DNA from: Spirochaetota bacterium
GTDB lineage: Bacteria; Spirochaetota; UBA4802; UBA5550
Direction of reading: 5' to 3'
DNA length: 64,000 nt
Assembly (NCBI GenBank): GCA_963664815.2
Contig: CAXXHB010000003.1
Coordinates: 1,696,001-1,760,000 of the forward strand
The stretch's first letter is position 1. Every line of letters starts with the position of its first letter. The notes beneath the pieces are model-generated. The model was not told where the DNA came from and ran no database searches. It was given only the letters and a program-made list of their open reading frames with translations. Shown one piece after another: positions 20,404-30,775 of the stretch. Made by a program: the position numbers and the translations under genes.

Positions 20404-20496
20404 GTACCGGTGCAGAGGTTTGCTTTTTAATATTCCCAGGAACAGCATTCCCTCGCTGTTCGGGGTCTTTAAAATAAAAAGATAAAGAGGAAGCAT

Positions 20497-20841
20497 ATGG
20501 AAATCAATAAAATTGATGGTAAAGCAGACATCACAGGAGGATGCCGGATATCAGGCTCATCAGGTAGAGGGATAACAGCAAAGGTGTTAAAGGGTATAGG
20601 GTTATCACCCTATATTTACCTGGGTTTCGCCTGTGATCTTCTTTCGGCAGGATACAATGAGGCTGCTCTTGAGGTACTTTCATATACGGAATCTCTGTTT
20701 GGAAATAAGATTCCTGTAAGGCCTGAGTATGACAACGATTGTAGAGAATCTATTGAGCTGCTCAGGTTGATTGTTAAAAAGTATCCTGATGAATTCAGGT
20801 ATTTATTAAATAATTATCAAAGCAGTAATTCCTATAAATAG
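20497..20841 (+). CDS. Hypothetical protein (paralogue of 20056-20403)
   Basis: RBS GAGGA; VLKGIGLSPYIYLGFACDLLSAGYNEAALEVLSY. Confidence 0.6.
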   Translation: MEINKIDGKADITGGCRISGSSGRGITAKVLKGIGLSPYIYLGFACDLLSAGYNEAALEVLSYTESLFGNKIPVRPEYDNDCRESIELLRLIVKKYPDEFRYLLNNYQSSNSYK

Positions 20842-20859
20842 AAAGGTGGCTGTATTTCT

Positions 20860-21129
20860 ATGGATCGTGTATCCGTAATAAATCATGAACACAGAACAGA
20901 GCTTGGGTTGTCAGTTGATGAGTATGTCGTATGTCTGGAGGCTGTGAAGTGCATTGATTTTGAAATCATTGAAAGAGCGGAGTATGTTTCCGCTAAATGT
21001 CTTATTCCTCTTGGAAGGGTAATAAATATACTGGCACACCTATCATCAAGGGGAATCATCTCAGCTTGCAGTGTATCTGAGAAATGGATTGATAGTTATG
21101 AAAAGTATTACGGTGTAAAGAGTGTATGA
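20860..21129 (+). CDS. Small hypothetical protein, possible winged-helix
   Basis: RBS AAGGTGG; INHEHRTELGLSVDEYVV...VINILAHLSSRGII resembles wHTH N-termini (inference). Confidence 0.5.
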   Translation: MDRVSVINHEHRTELGLSVDEYVVCLEAVKCIDFEIIERAEYVSAKCLIPLGRVINILAHLSSRGIISACSVSEKWIDSYEKYYGVKSV

Positions 21130-21238
21130 TAAATTAAGGGAATTGCATTAACAGTTCATATTACCACTTGGGAAATGGATTGTTATGAAAATGAAAAAGA
21201 TGAAAGTTTATGAGAGAGAAATTAAATCGGTATAATAA

Positions 21239-22288
21239 TCAATATATCATTGAAACAACCTTTACAAGCAGGTAAACTGTTTTTCCAGCCTTCAAACCAA
21301 GTCGGACAGCAGATGCCTTTGATACCTGGGCTGAAAGTGGTACTCCTATATTACAATGTACCAGTAAACGGACTCCATCAGTTTCTTCAAGGCTTACTAT
21401 TTTCCCTTTGAAAATATTGGTAGTACTGATGTTTTCTGGTTTGTTTAAAGAAATTGTTACGTCTGAAGCTCTGACTGCAGCTCTGATTTCGTTTTCTCCG
21501 GGATATGCGGCTGAGAGAATCCGTATTGTTCCACCTTGAAAACCGGCAGTAATGACACCGAATTCATTATTATATCTTTTAAAATTACAGTTGAAAACCG
21601 AGATATATTCGCCGTTCCCTTCATTAATACCAAGACCGTGGTATTCTCCCCCAAGGCTGCCGCTACTTTTGATGTGTCCCTTTTCTACGTGTATCAGTTT
21701 ATCACTGAGTCTCAGAATCTCACGTATTGAATGGGTGACGTAGAATACCGGGATACCGAACTGTTCCGGAAGCCTGTCTATATATGTCATTAATTCTTCT
21801 CTTCGTTCCGGGTCAAGGGAGGCTAATGGTTCATCCATAAGCAGTATATTGGGGCGCATAATAAGCGCGCGACCTATTGCCACACGTTGTTTTTCACCTC
21901 CTGACAGCTTTGCCGGCATACGTTCAAGAAGCTGTTCTATTCCAAGAAGTGCTACGGTTTCCTTCAGCATCGAGTGATCACTGTGCCTACTGTAGAGAAG
22001 ATTGCGGCGGACGTTAATGTGCGGAAAGAGCCTTCCATCCTGGAAAATGTAACCACAACGCCGTTGTTCAATAGGGCAGTTGATTTTTCTTTCCGAGTCG
22101 AATAAAAGTCTGTTGTTAATGCGGATGTGTCCCTCATCCGGTGTAAGAAGACCGGCTATCATGTTTATAATTGTTGTTTTTCCGGAGCCCGAAGGGCCGG
22201 CAAGTACGGTTATACCGGATACTTCAGAGGAGAATTCAGCATCAACATTAAAAAAGCCCAAACTTTTCTTCAGTTTTACATCAATCAT
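21239..22288 (-). CDS. modC: Molybdate ABC transporter ATPase ModC
   Basis: GPSGSGKT, LSGGEKQRVAIGRAL, LLMDEPLASLD; C-terminal TOBE domain. Confidence 0.95.
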   Translation of the reverse strand: MIDVKLKKSLGFFNVDAEFSSEVSGITVLAGPSGSGKTTIINMIAGLLTPDEGHIRINNRLLFDSERKINCPIEQRRCGYIFQDGRLFPHINVRRNLLYSRHSDHSMLKETVALLGIEQLLERMPAKLSGGEKQRVAIGRALIMRPNILLMDEPLASLDPERREELMTYIDRLPEQFGIPVFYVTHSIREILRLSDKLIHVEKGHIKSSGSLGGEYHGLGINEGNGEYISVFNCNFKRYNNEFGVITAGFQGGTIRILSAAYPGENEIRAAVRASDVTISLNKPENISTTNIFKGKIVSLEETDGVRLLVHCNIGVPLSAQVSKASAVRLGLKAGKTVYLLVKVVSMIY

Positions 22289-22971
22289 ATATTAATTCTT
22301 GCAGAAGCTTTTCTGGCTGTTAACTCTGATATTGCAAGCGCTGCAATTGCAATGATTATGGAAACAGCACAGAGTCGCGCTGCCATCATTTCAGAGCCGG
22401 GTGTCTGCGTATAAGAATAGAGCGCAAGCGGAAGAGTCTGTGTCTCTCCCGGGATATTGGCAACAAAAGTAACAGTGGCGCCGAATTCACCGAGGCTGCG
22501 TGCAAATCCCAATATACTTCCGGATATTATTCCTGGAACAGAAAGAGGAAGAGTAATGGTCATGAATATTCGAAAGCTTCCGGCGCCAAGTGTACGGGCA
22601 GCCTCCTCAAGTTTGATATCAACGGCTTCGATTGACAGGCGTATGGATCGTACCATCAACGGGAAGCTCATTACAAGAGAGGCTATAACTGCCCCTTTCC
22701 AGTTGAAAGCGAATTTTATCCCTATTTTCATAAGTAGATTCCCGATAGGTGTATATCTTCCAAGCGTGATGATAAGGATATAACCTGTAACAACAGGCGG
22801 GACAACAAGTGGGAGATGAATAGCTGCATCAAGCAGTATCTTCCCTCTGAAACTGCGGCGTGCAAGCAGGTGGGCGATGGCGAGAGCAGGTATCAAACCT
22901 GCTATTACTGACCATATACCCACACGGATGCTCAGCAGAATTGCATTAAGTTCATCTCCTGAAAGATACAT
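22285..22971 (-). CDS. modB: Molybdate ABC transporter permease ModB
   Basis: HLPLVVPPVVTGY; EEAARTLGA; FARSLGEFGAT. Confidence 0.96.
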   Translation of the reverse strand: MYLSGDELNAILLSIRVGIWSVIAGLIPALAIAHLLARRSFRGKILLDAAIHLPLVVPPVVTGYILIITLGRYTPIGNLLMKIGIKFAFNWKGAVIASLVMSFPLMVRSIRLSIEAVDIKLEEAARTLGAGSFRIFMTITLPLSVPGIISGSILGFARSLGEFGATVTFVANIPGETQTLPLALYSYTQTPGSEMMAARLCAVSIIIAIAALAISELTARKASARINI

Positions 22972-23760
22972 CTATTTGACGTTAAAACCGTATTTCAGGA
23001 GTATTTCTTTTGAATCCTTGCTATTCAGGTATTTAAGGAAAGCGGCTGCTTCTCCAATGTTCTTGCCGGTCAAGGCGCAAACAGGGTAAGTGATGGGGCT
23101 GTGAGCTTCTTTCTTGAATGTGTATATAGTTTTTATTTTGGATGAAAGCATTGCGTCAGTCTTATATACAATACCGAAATCTGCCTGTGATGTTTCAACT
23201 GCATTCAATGTTTTTCTTACATCGGGGTAGAAGGCGATTCGTTTTGATCCGGAAATTTTTTCCCACAGTTTGTGGTATTCAAGAGCTTCCTGTCCGTATT
23301 TGCCGGCGGGTACCGGTTTGGGGTCTCCCATTGCAAGATAACCTTCTCCTATAGCCTCGAAAAGTTTATCGGGGAATTTAAAACCGGTGTTTGCTTTTGG
23401 TGAAGCTACAATTACAAGAGAATTGGAGGCAAAAGTAAATATAGTTCCCTTTTCTACAAAATTCTTTTCATCAAGGTATTTTGCCCATTTTGTATCGGCC
23501 GAGATGAAGATATCAGCATTGGCGCCATTCTCAATCTGGTGTGCAAGGTCGCCGCTGGAACCGAAGATGGTCACAAACTCTGCTGAAGATTTATTGTTTT
23601 TCCTGTAGCAGTCAATAATATCATTAACAGCTTCTTTTGTCGATGCCGCGGCATAGATATAAATTTTATTAATTGAATAAAGATTATTGCTGCAGAGGAG
23701 CAGAGCAGCGCAGAATATAGAAATAGTAAAACGAGCGATATGCGACATTATATATTTCAT
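22972..23760 (-). CDS. modA: Molybdate-binding protein ModA
   Basis: Signal peptide; YAAAS, FGSSGDLAHQIENGA.ADIFISA, PAGKYG, GIVYKTDA. Confidence 0.95.
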   Translation of the reverse strand: MKYIMSHIARFTISIFCAALLLCSNNLYSINKIYIYAAASTKEAVNDIIDCYRKNNKSSAEFVTIFGSSGDLAHQIENGANADIFISADTKWAKYLDEKNFVEKGTIFTFASNSLVIVASPKANTGFKFPDKLFEAIGEGYLAMGDPKPVPAGKYGQEALEYHKLWEKISGSKRIAFYPDVRKTLNAVETSQADFGIVYKTDAMLSSKIKTIYTFKKEAHSPITYPVCALTGKNIGEAAAFLKYLNSKDSKEILLKYGFNVK

Positions 23761-24306
23761 TTAATCCTCCTGTATAAGATAAATCTCTATTGACCGTACG
23801 ACAGAAAGTTTATTGAAATATATAGAATTGTCAATATGTTTTTAAGATACATTTTGAATTCCTCAGTTCATTCCGGATGTACCGGAATTTTTTATAATAT
23901 TCAATTAAAATGGTATTAAACACTGAAAAATTTATTATAAAAACTGGTAAATAAAATGGATTAACATACTAATCTGATTAAAAAAGTATTATATTGAAGA
24001 AGTAATATTTACCAGACAGAATTTTGACCCATCCCGACAGTTACAAATGAATAAGAAGGATTTAGAACTGCCAATAACAGAGAAAGCATATTATCCATAT
24101 ACATTAATATCAGCTTTCTACAGAACGGGAAGATGAGTTTTTAAATCATTCATCATCATTATCGCATAAAATTTGTAAAACCTGATTTCGGAAGGTGGAT
24201 GAGATTATCATATATAAAGTAATAATTTTAAAAAGTTGATTATATGTTGAATACATTAATAATAAATGAATATGGCGGGGAAGAATTAAATAACAAGTGA
24301 AAAATT

Positions 24307-25530
24307 ATGCTGGAAGTAAAAACAGTTGAAGAGGTTTTTAAAATAACCTGGAATGAATTCAGGGGATATATGATTGAGTCTGAATTTATTTCAATCCTTG
24401 ATGCTGTCGGAAGAATTCTGGCTGAAGATATAATCTCGTCAGAAAATGTTCCGTCATTTACAAGATCCTCTGTTGATGGTTATGCAGTTATTGCCTCCGA
24501 TACTTTCGGAGTATCTGAAACTATGAGCGGACAATTATTGAAGTCAGAACCGGTTGAGATGGGTGTTACTCCCTTGAATATGTTAAAAAAAGGTTATGCC
24601 GCGTATATTCCCACCGGGGGCGAGCTGCCAAAGAATGCAGATGCAGTTGTAATGATAGAATATACAGAGGATAATAACGATGAGTTTATTTATATTAATA
24701 AACCTGTCGCGCCCGGGAATAATGTTGTGTTAACTGGTGATGATATAAAGGTTGGGAGCGTCTTATTCAGATCAGGAAAAAAACTGAAAACAGCCGATAT
24801 CGGTGTTCTTGCTGCGGTCGGTATAGACCGGGTTAGTGTAAAGAGAAAACTGAGAGTAGGTATCATCGCAACCGGTAATGAAATTGTTCAGATTGAAAAT
24901 AAGCCTGAGAATGCACAGGTAAGAGATATCAATTCGAGCTTTCTGTATGCGGCAGTAAAGGAGTATAATGCTGAACCTGTTTTGTATGGTATTATTGAAG
25001 ATGATTATGAAAAGATTAAAACTGTTGCTGCAAGTGCTGTTAATGAATGTGATCTTGTCTGCATATCTGGCGGAAGTTCGGCAGGGGACAAAGATGAGAC
25101 TGCTAGAATTATAGATTCGCTCGGGAATCCTGGAGTGATGGTTCATGGTATTGCAGTAAAACCGGGAAAACCGACAATAATCGGCAGGATTAATAACAAA
25201 CCGGTTGTTGGGTTGCCGGGACATCCTGCTTCTGCCTTCATGATTTACTCTGTCTTTGTCAGAAATATTCTGGATATAATGAGCGGAGTATTGCATGAGT
25301 CTAAAAAAACTGCCGGGGCTGTGTTGTCGCAGAATTATCCGTCAGATACTGGACGCGAGGAATTTCTGCCTGTAAGGCTGGATATTCAGAGTGATATATG
25401 TTTTGCACACCCGGTTTTCGGAAATTCTGGGCAGATCAAAATGCTATCTGATGCGGACGGTTATGTTCATATTAAACGCGGAACTGAAGGGATTATGGCC
25501 GGCAGTACGATTGAAGTAATACTATTTTAA
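24307..25530 (+). CDS. moeA: Molybdopterin molybdotransferase MoeA
   Basis: GRILAEDI, RSSVDGYAV, TGG..P..ADAVVMIE, ISGGSSAG, VKPGKP, GLPGHP. Confidence 0.95.
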   Translation: MLEVKTVEEVFKITWNEFRGYMIESEFISILDAVGRILAEDIISSENVPSFTRSSVDGYAVIASDTFGVSETMSGQLLKSEPVEMGVTPLNMLKKGYAAYIPTGGELPKNADAVVMIEYTEDNNDEFIYINKPVAPGNNVVLTGDDIKVGSVLFRSGKKLKTADIGVLAAVGIDRVSVKRKLRVGIIATGNEIVQIENKPENAQVRDINSSFLYAAVKEYNAEPVLYGIIEDDYEKIKTVAASAVNECDLVCISGGSSAGDKDETARIIDSLGNPGVMVHGIAVKPGKPTIIGRINNKPVVGLPGHPASAFMIYSVFVRNILDIMSGVLHESKKTAGAVLSQNYPSDTGREEFLPVRLDIQSDICFAHPVFGNSGQIKMLSDADGYVHIKRGTEGIMAGSTIEVILF

Positions 25531-25543
25531 AAAAGAGTAAATT

Positions 25544-27448
25544 ATGGGATTCAGTTATCTCGAAAATAAAGATCTTGAATATGTATTAAAAGAGTATATT
25601 TCATTCATTTCGGACAGGATTAATAAATCTGACGAAGAGATTGACGTCTCCTGTTGCAACGGAAGAATAACATCGGAAGCAGTTTATGCCGCAATATCTT
25701 CACCACATTACATTGCAAGCGCCATGGATGGTATTGCGGCAATCGCATCAAAAACATTCGGTGCAACTGAAACCACTCCGGTTATTTTAAAAGAGAATGA
25801 TGATTTTGAAAGAATAGATACCGGCGATCCGATACCTGATAGATTTGACACGGTTATAATGATTGAAGATGTAATTGAGCTGAATGACGGGACTGTGAAG
25901 CTGATTAGCGCCGTTTTTCCGTGGCAGAATATACGACAGATAGGTGAAGACATCTGTCAGGGAGAAATGATTGTTCCCTCGAACACAAAAATAGTACCTG
26001 CTGTAACAGGTGCATTGCTGGCTGGAGGAGTTTCTTCGGTTAAAGTATGGAAGAAACCCGTTGTAGGTATTATACCAACGGGTGATGAAATAATCAGGCC
26101 TGTAAAGAATCCAGAGAAAGGCAAGATGATAGAGTTTAATTCATCTGTATTTTCATCAATGCTTACTGACTGGGGTGCTGATTTCAGAATTTATGATATA
26201 GTTCAGGATAAATATGATCTTATAAAAAGTGCTGTATTGAATGCTGCAGGCGAATGTGATATCGTATTGATAAATGCCGGTTCTTCCGCCGGGAGAGATG
26301 ATTACACTTCCAGTGTTGTAATGGAATTGGGAAGTGTTCTTTTTCACGGTATATCTATAAGGCCAGGTAAGCCTGCGATTCTTGGAGTAGTTGAAAATAA
26401 ACCGGTATTAGGGATTCCGGGATATCCTGTATCCGGGATAATCATAATGGATCAGGTCGTAAAAAAGGTAGTGGAATTATACCTGTCAAATACTTTTGAT
26501 ACACGTCCGGTAGTTAAGGCTTCGTTGTCCAGGAAAATTATTTCTTCCCTGAAATACAAGGAATTCATAAGAGTAAAACTCGGCGATGTCGCAGGTAAAA
26601 TTATTGCGACACCTCTTACTTCAGGATCGGGAGTTATTACTTCATTTATCAGAGCGGACGGGCTTCTTGTAATTCCACAGAACACTGAGGGATATGAAAG
26701 TGGAACTATCGTTGATGTGGAACTGCTGAAGGGTATAGGAGATATAAGAAATACTATTGTTATTACCGGGAGTCATGATCCTCTTATAGATGAGATTTCA
26801 GACATTTTAAGAAGAAACAGTTTTAACTATTTTGTCGCTTCGTCTCATGCCGGCAGTATGGCAGGACTCATGGCGATAAAAAAAAAGGAGACCCATATAG
26901 CGGGAATTCATCTGCTTGATGAAAATACCGGCGAGTATAATATTTCATACATGAAAAAATATCTTAATACAGGTGAGGCAGTACTGGTTAAGGGTGTCAA
27001 GAGAATACAGGGTCTGATTGTAGCAAAAAACAATCCCCTGAATATAAAAAAAATCGGTGATCTGGGAAGGAATAATATCCGTTTTGTAAACAGGCAGAGG
27101 GGATCGGGAACAAGGATATTACTCGATTATCTTTTAAACAGGGAAAAAATAGTTCCTGATGAAATTTACGGTTATAAAAGAGAGGAATATACTCATCTCT
27201 CTGTAGCAGTTCAGATATCACAGGGAAGCGCTGATGCGGGGCTAGGGATATATTCAGCCGCAAAAATATGTGGTCTTGATTTTGTTCCGGTCTGCGAAGA
27301 GGATTATGATTTTATCATTCAAAAAGAAAACATAAACTTTGTTCTGGTGCAGAAATTTATTTCCATTCTGAAATCAGAAGATTTCAGACAACGACTTTCA
27401 GTTGCCGGCGGTTATAAACTTGAAGAGTGCGGCAGAATTATTGCTTAA
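25544..27448 (+). CDS. moeA: MoeA fused to a C-terminal PBP (LysR-substrate-binding-like) domain
   Basis: SAMDGIA, IRPGKP and GIPGYP, then GSHD...GSMAGL...AGIHLLD...FVNRQRGSGTRILLD...ADAGLG. Confidence 0.92.
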   Translation: MGFSYLENKDLEYVLKEYISFISDRINKSDEEIDVSCCNGRITSEAVYAAISSPHYIASAMDGIAAIASKTFGATETTPVILKENDDFERIDTGDPIPDRFDTVIMIEDVIELNDGTVKLISAVFPWQNIRQIGEDICQGEMIVPSNTKIVPAVTGALLAGGVSSVKVWKKPVVGIIPTGDEIIRPVKNPEKGKMIEFNSSVFSSMLTDWGADFRIYDIVQDKYDLIKSAVLNAAGECDIVLINAGSSAGRDDYTSSVVMELGSVLFHGISIRPGKPAILGVVENKPVLGIPGYPVSGIIIMDQVVKKVVELYLSNTFDTRPVVKASLSRKIISSLKYKEFIRVKLGDVAGKIIATPLTSGSGVITSFIRADGLLVIPQNTEGYESGTIVDVELLKGIGDIRNTIVITGSHDPLIDEISDILRRNSFNYFVASSHAGSMAGLMAIKKKETHIAGIHLLDENTGEYNISYMKKYLNTGEAVLVKGVKRIQGLIVAKNNPLNIKKIGDLGRNNIRFVNRQRGSGTRILLDYLLNREKIVPDEIYGYKREEYTHLSVAVQISQGSADAGLGIYSAAKICGLDFVPVCEEDYDFIIQKENINFVLVQKFISILKSEDFRQRLSVAGGYKLEECGRIIA

Positions 27449-27819
27449 CCTGACTAATGTGGATTAAAGTTGATATGCTGATCACAGCAGAAAATCAACT
27501 GATTAAAGATCTCTCTGACATCATCATTTCATCGAGATGAAAAGATAATGTTTTAATTAATAAAATATAAATATTACAAAATAAATAAATAAATAAAGAC
27601 CGTCGTATATTTGTCATACGTGGGAAACAGTACATTTCATTACATTTTTTGCCCCTTCATTGCTATATTATAATACACTTCCGTTTACATAAATTTCTGT
27701 ATAATGGTAATTGTTTAAAAATTATAAATATTATATTTTAAACGAAAATAATTTTATGTGCATACGGCTTCAGCTTGTATAAAAATCTGTTATGTCGTAT
27801 CAATTATATGGAGGAATTT

Positions 27820-29172
27820 ATGTCTGGAATGGCACTTATCAGAGAACGAAAAACAAAATATTACAGCACATGGCAGGAGGAATATCAGGCAAAGCTTACA
27901 TCAGCAGAAGAAGCGGCAAAGGTGGTCCAGTCGGGGGAGAGTATTTTTTTCGGAGGAGGAACCGGAATACCAACGGCATTTGCAACTGCATTGGGGAAAC
28001 GTGCTGATGAACTTGAAAATATAACAATTTCACAGGGATATGCAATGGGACTTTTTGATTACATGAAGCCGGAGAATAAGGAAAGATTTCAGATTGAAAC
28101 GATGTTTGTAGGTCCGATGGAAAGAATATGCATGCAGTGGGGAGTTGCACAGTACAAACCTATGCATTTAAGTGATATACCTGCTGCAGCGCTCCATGCA
28201 AACTGCAGACGTGTTGCTTTCGTGGCAACACCTCCTGATGAAAACGGTTATATGAACAGGTCCTGTTTCGGATCTTTCCTGCCGAATGAGGAATGTGTTA
28301 AACCTGCCGATACAATAATTGTCGAAGTAAACCGCAATGCGCCCAGACTTAACAGCGATGATTTCAAGATACACGTGTCGGATGTTGATTTTATTATTGA
28401 AAACGATTTCCCGTTGTTTGAACTTCCGGATATCCCGATAATGGACGAGGAGAAAAAAATAGCAGAATATATTGCGGATCTTGTTCCGGATGGTTCCTGT
28501 ATACAGATAGGTCTGGGAGGTCTTGCAAATGCGGTAGGATACCTTCTCCATGAGAAAAAAGATCTCGGGATGCATGCTGAGGTTGTTACCCCATCTGTCG
28601 CAGAACTTGTTAAAGCCGGGGTAATTAACGGTTTACGTAAGAATTTTATGCCAGGAAAGGTTGTCAGCGCATTTGCTGTAGGTACAAAAAAGTTTTATAA
28701 TGAAATACATAATAATGACAGCTTTTATTTCAAGGAAGTTGGCTGGGTTAATAATCCTGACATTATAGGACTTAACGATAACCTTGTATCTATAAACAAT
28801 ACATTGATGGTAGACCTTACTGGACAAGCCGCATCGGAGTCAATTGGAATCATGCAGTATAGTGCAACCGGAGGTCAGCTTGATTTCATTCTTGGTGCCA
28901 GAAAATCCAGAGGGGGCAAGAGTATCCTGTCTCTCAATTCAACATATACCGATAAGAACGGAAAACTACAGACTAAAATCATGCCAACTTTTCCAGCAGG
29001 TACGATTGTAACAACACCAAGAACTCTCGTAGAGTATATTATTACTGAATATGGAGTAGCAAATTTAAGGCTCAGAACTGTTAAGGAGAGAGCAAAATCT
29101 CTTATTGGTATTTCACATCCGGAGTTCAGGGATCAGCTGACTTTTGAAGCGAAGAAAAACGGATGGCTGTAA
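27820..29172 (+). CDS. Acetyl-CoA hydrolase/4-hydroxybutyrate CoA-transferase family protein
   Basis: IQIGLGG, LGMHAE (catalytic Glu), VDLTGQAASESIG, GGQLDF, TEYG. ATG at 27820 after GGAGG. Confidence 0.9.
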   Translation: MSGMALIRERKTKYYSTWQEEYQAKLTSAEEAAKVVQSGESIFFGGGTGIPTAFATALGKRADELENITISQGYAMGLFDYMKPENKERFQIETMFVGPMERICMQWGVAQYKPMHLSDIPAAALHANCRRVAFVATPPDENGYMNRSCFGSFLPNEECVKPADTIIVEVNRNAPRLNSDDFKIHVSDVDFIIENDFPLFELPDIPIMDEEKKIAEYIADLVPDGSCIQIGLGGLANAVGYLLHEKKDLGMHAEVVTPSVAELVKAGVINGLRKNFMPGKVVSAFAVGTKKFYNEIHNNDSFYFKEVGWVNNPDIIGLNDNLVSINNTLMVDLTGQAASESIGIMQYSATGGQLDFILGARKSRGGKSILSLNSTYTDKNGKLQTKIMPTFPAGTIVTTPRTLVEYIITEYGVANLRLRTVKERAKSLIGISHPEFRDQLTFEAKKNGWL

Positions 29173-29222
29173 TGATCAATTCCTGGTAAAACCCGCCAGA
29201 TTTCACAAAGATATTATTATTT

Positions 29223-29265
29223 CTGTATAAATAAACCCGAAATAACAGTGGGTTTATTTATACAG
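29223..29265. terminator. Long stem-loop after the CoA-transferase gene
   Basis: CTGTATAAATAAACCC / GGGTTTATTTATACAG, perfect 16-bp stem with 11-nt loop. Confidence 0.6.
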
Positions 29266-29502
29266 GCATGCATTAAACATGAGATGTGATTAAATTAAAA
29301 ACTTTCAAATAAGATAGATAATAATATATGATAATCACAGGTTATTAAAACAACCATTTATACGCAAAAAAATATGTAAATAAGAATAAATTTCTTTTAA
29401 AGCGATTGACTGGAATATTAATATAATTATATATTACTAATGAAAAATCTGGAGTTTCTTAAAATCTGATATTCACTGAAAAACTATTTATGAGGTTATT
29501 AT

Positions 29503-30606
29503 ATGAAGAGAATAGCGCTGGTATTATCATTGTTACTTATATTTACTGTAGCTGCGTTTCCTAAAGCTTCAAAAAAAGCTGTAAAAAATCCAGCCAATAG
29601 TCCCTGTGTTAAAGGGAAATGTACTAATGGACAGGGAACAATGAAATATAGTGATGGCACTGTTTATACGGGTGATTTTAAAGATCAGAAGTATGAGGGG
29701 ACAGGAGTACTCGTCAAAGCGGATGGTACAAAATATGAAGGGGAGTTTAAAAACGGAGTTTATGACGGGAAAGGAACTCTTGCCAGGTCTGATGGGACGA
29801 AGTATGCAGGCGAATTTAAAGATGGTAAATTTAACGGGAAAGGTACCCTGACAATTCGGGACGGATCTCAGTTTATCGGTGAATTTATCAATGATAAATA
29901 TGAGGGAAAGGATATTATTGCTGCAGAAAATGGATCGCTGTATGTTGGTGAAACAAAAGATGGCAAATACGAAGGTAAAGGTTCGCTTGTACAGGCTGAC
30001 GGGAACAAGTATACGGGTGATTTCAAAGAAGGTGTATTCAGTGGTGAGGGTACACTCATAAAGAAAGATGGTACACAATATGCGGGAACATTCGTTAACG
30101 GTAAAGCTGAAGGAAAAGGAGTCGTGACAACTTCTGACGGTAAAAAGCTTGAAGGTCTTTTTAAGGATGGACAGATAGAAGGGAAAGGCATTCTTTCTAC
30201 AGCATCAGGTGTTAAGTTTGAAGGGGATTTTAAAGGCGGCAAGGTTACCGGTTCCGGAGTTATGTTATGGCCAAACGGAGCAAAATATGAAGGAGGCTAT
30301 GCCGATGATTATCGTGACGGCAAAGGTACATATTCATTTTCAAACGGTGATTTCTATTCAGGCGGTTATATGCTGAACATAAAAAACGGTACCGGCGAAT
30401 ATAAATGGAAAGACGGTGATGCATACAGCGGAGGCTGGAAAGATGGTCTCATGGATGGCAATGGTGTATATATATGGTCAGATGGAGTTCAGTATTCCGG
30501 GGAGTGGAAAGCCGGAAAAATTAATGGCAGAGGGAAATTAACCTGGCCAGACAAGAAACGGCTGGAAGGTACATTTGAAAATAACAAACTGATCAAAGCA
30601 AATTAG
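29503..30606 (+). CDS. Exported MORN-repeat protein
   Basis: Signal peptide; C..G.C.NG.G cap; about 14 repeats of the DG..Y.G.FKDG...G.G type. Confidence 0.92.
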   Translation: MKRIALVLSLLLIFTVAAFPKASKKAVKNPANSPCVKGKCTNGQGTMKYSDGTVYTGDFKDQKYEGTGVLVKADGTKYEGEFKNGVYDGKGTLARSDGTKYAGEFKDGKFNGKGTLTIRDGSQFIGEFINDKYEGKDIIAAENGSLYVGETKDGKYEGKGSLVQADGNKYTGDFKEGVFSGEGTLIKKDGTQYAGTFVNGKAEGKGVVTTSDGKKLEGLFKDGQIEGKGILSTASGVKFEGDFKGGKVTGSGVMLWPNGAKYEGGYADDYRDGKGTYSFSNGDFYSGGYMLNIKNGTGEYKWKDGDAYSGGWKDGLMDGNGVYIWSDGVQYSGEWKAGKINGRGKLTWPDKKRLEGTFENNKLIKAN

Positions 30607-30633
30607 ATAAAATCACATCAGTTATAAAGATTG

Positions 30634-30661
30634 AAACCCCTGGAAAATTCAGGGGTTTTTT
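30634..30661 (+). terminator. Rho-independent terminator
   Basis: AAACCCCTG-GAAAATT-CAGGGGTTT followed by a T-run. Confidence 0.75.
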
Positions 30662-30775
30662 ATATCCGGGATGAGTTAAAAATGAGCCTCATATATAAAA
30701 ATATCCCGGATGGATATCATTGCATAATACATCCGGGATTGGTGAATTCATTCAGTTGTTTATTCTTTTTATAAT

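Noticed and set aside
23761-24306. Possible Moco riboswitch or ModE box
   Set aside because: No recognisable consensus by eye; not annotated without an Infernal scan.
27578-27597. (AAAT)n microsatellite in an intergenic region
   Set aside because: Short and unremarkable in very AT-rich intergenic DNA.
29640-30590. Regular ~69-nt periodicity that could suggest a CRISPR or tandem array
   Set aside because: These are degenerate in-frame MORN repeats; there are no identical DNA repeats with spacers and no cas genes.
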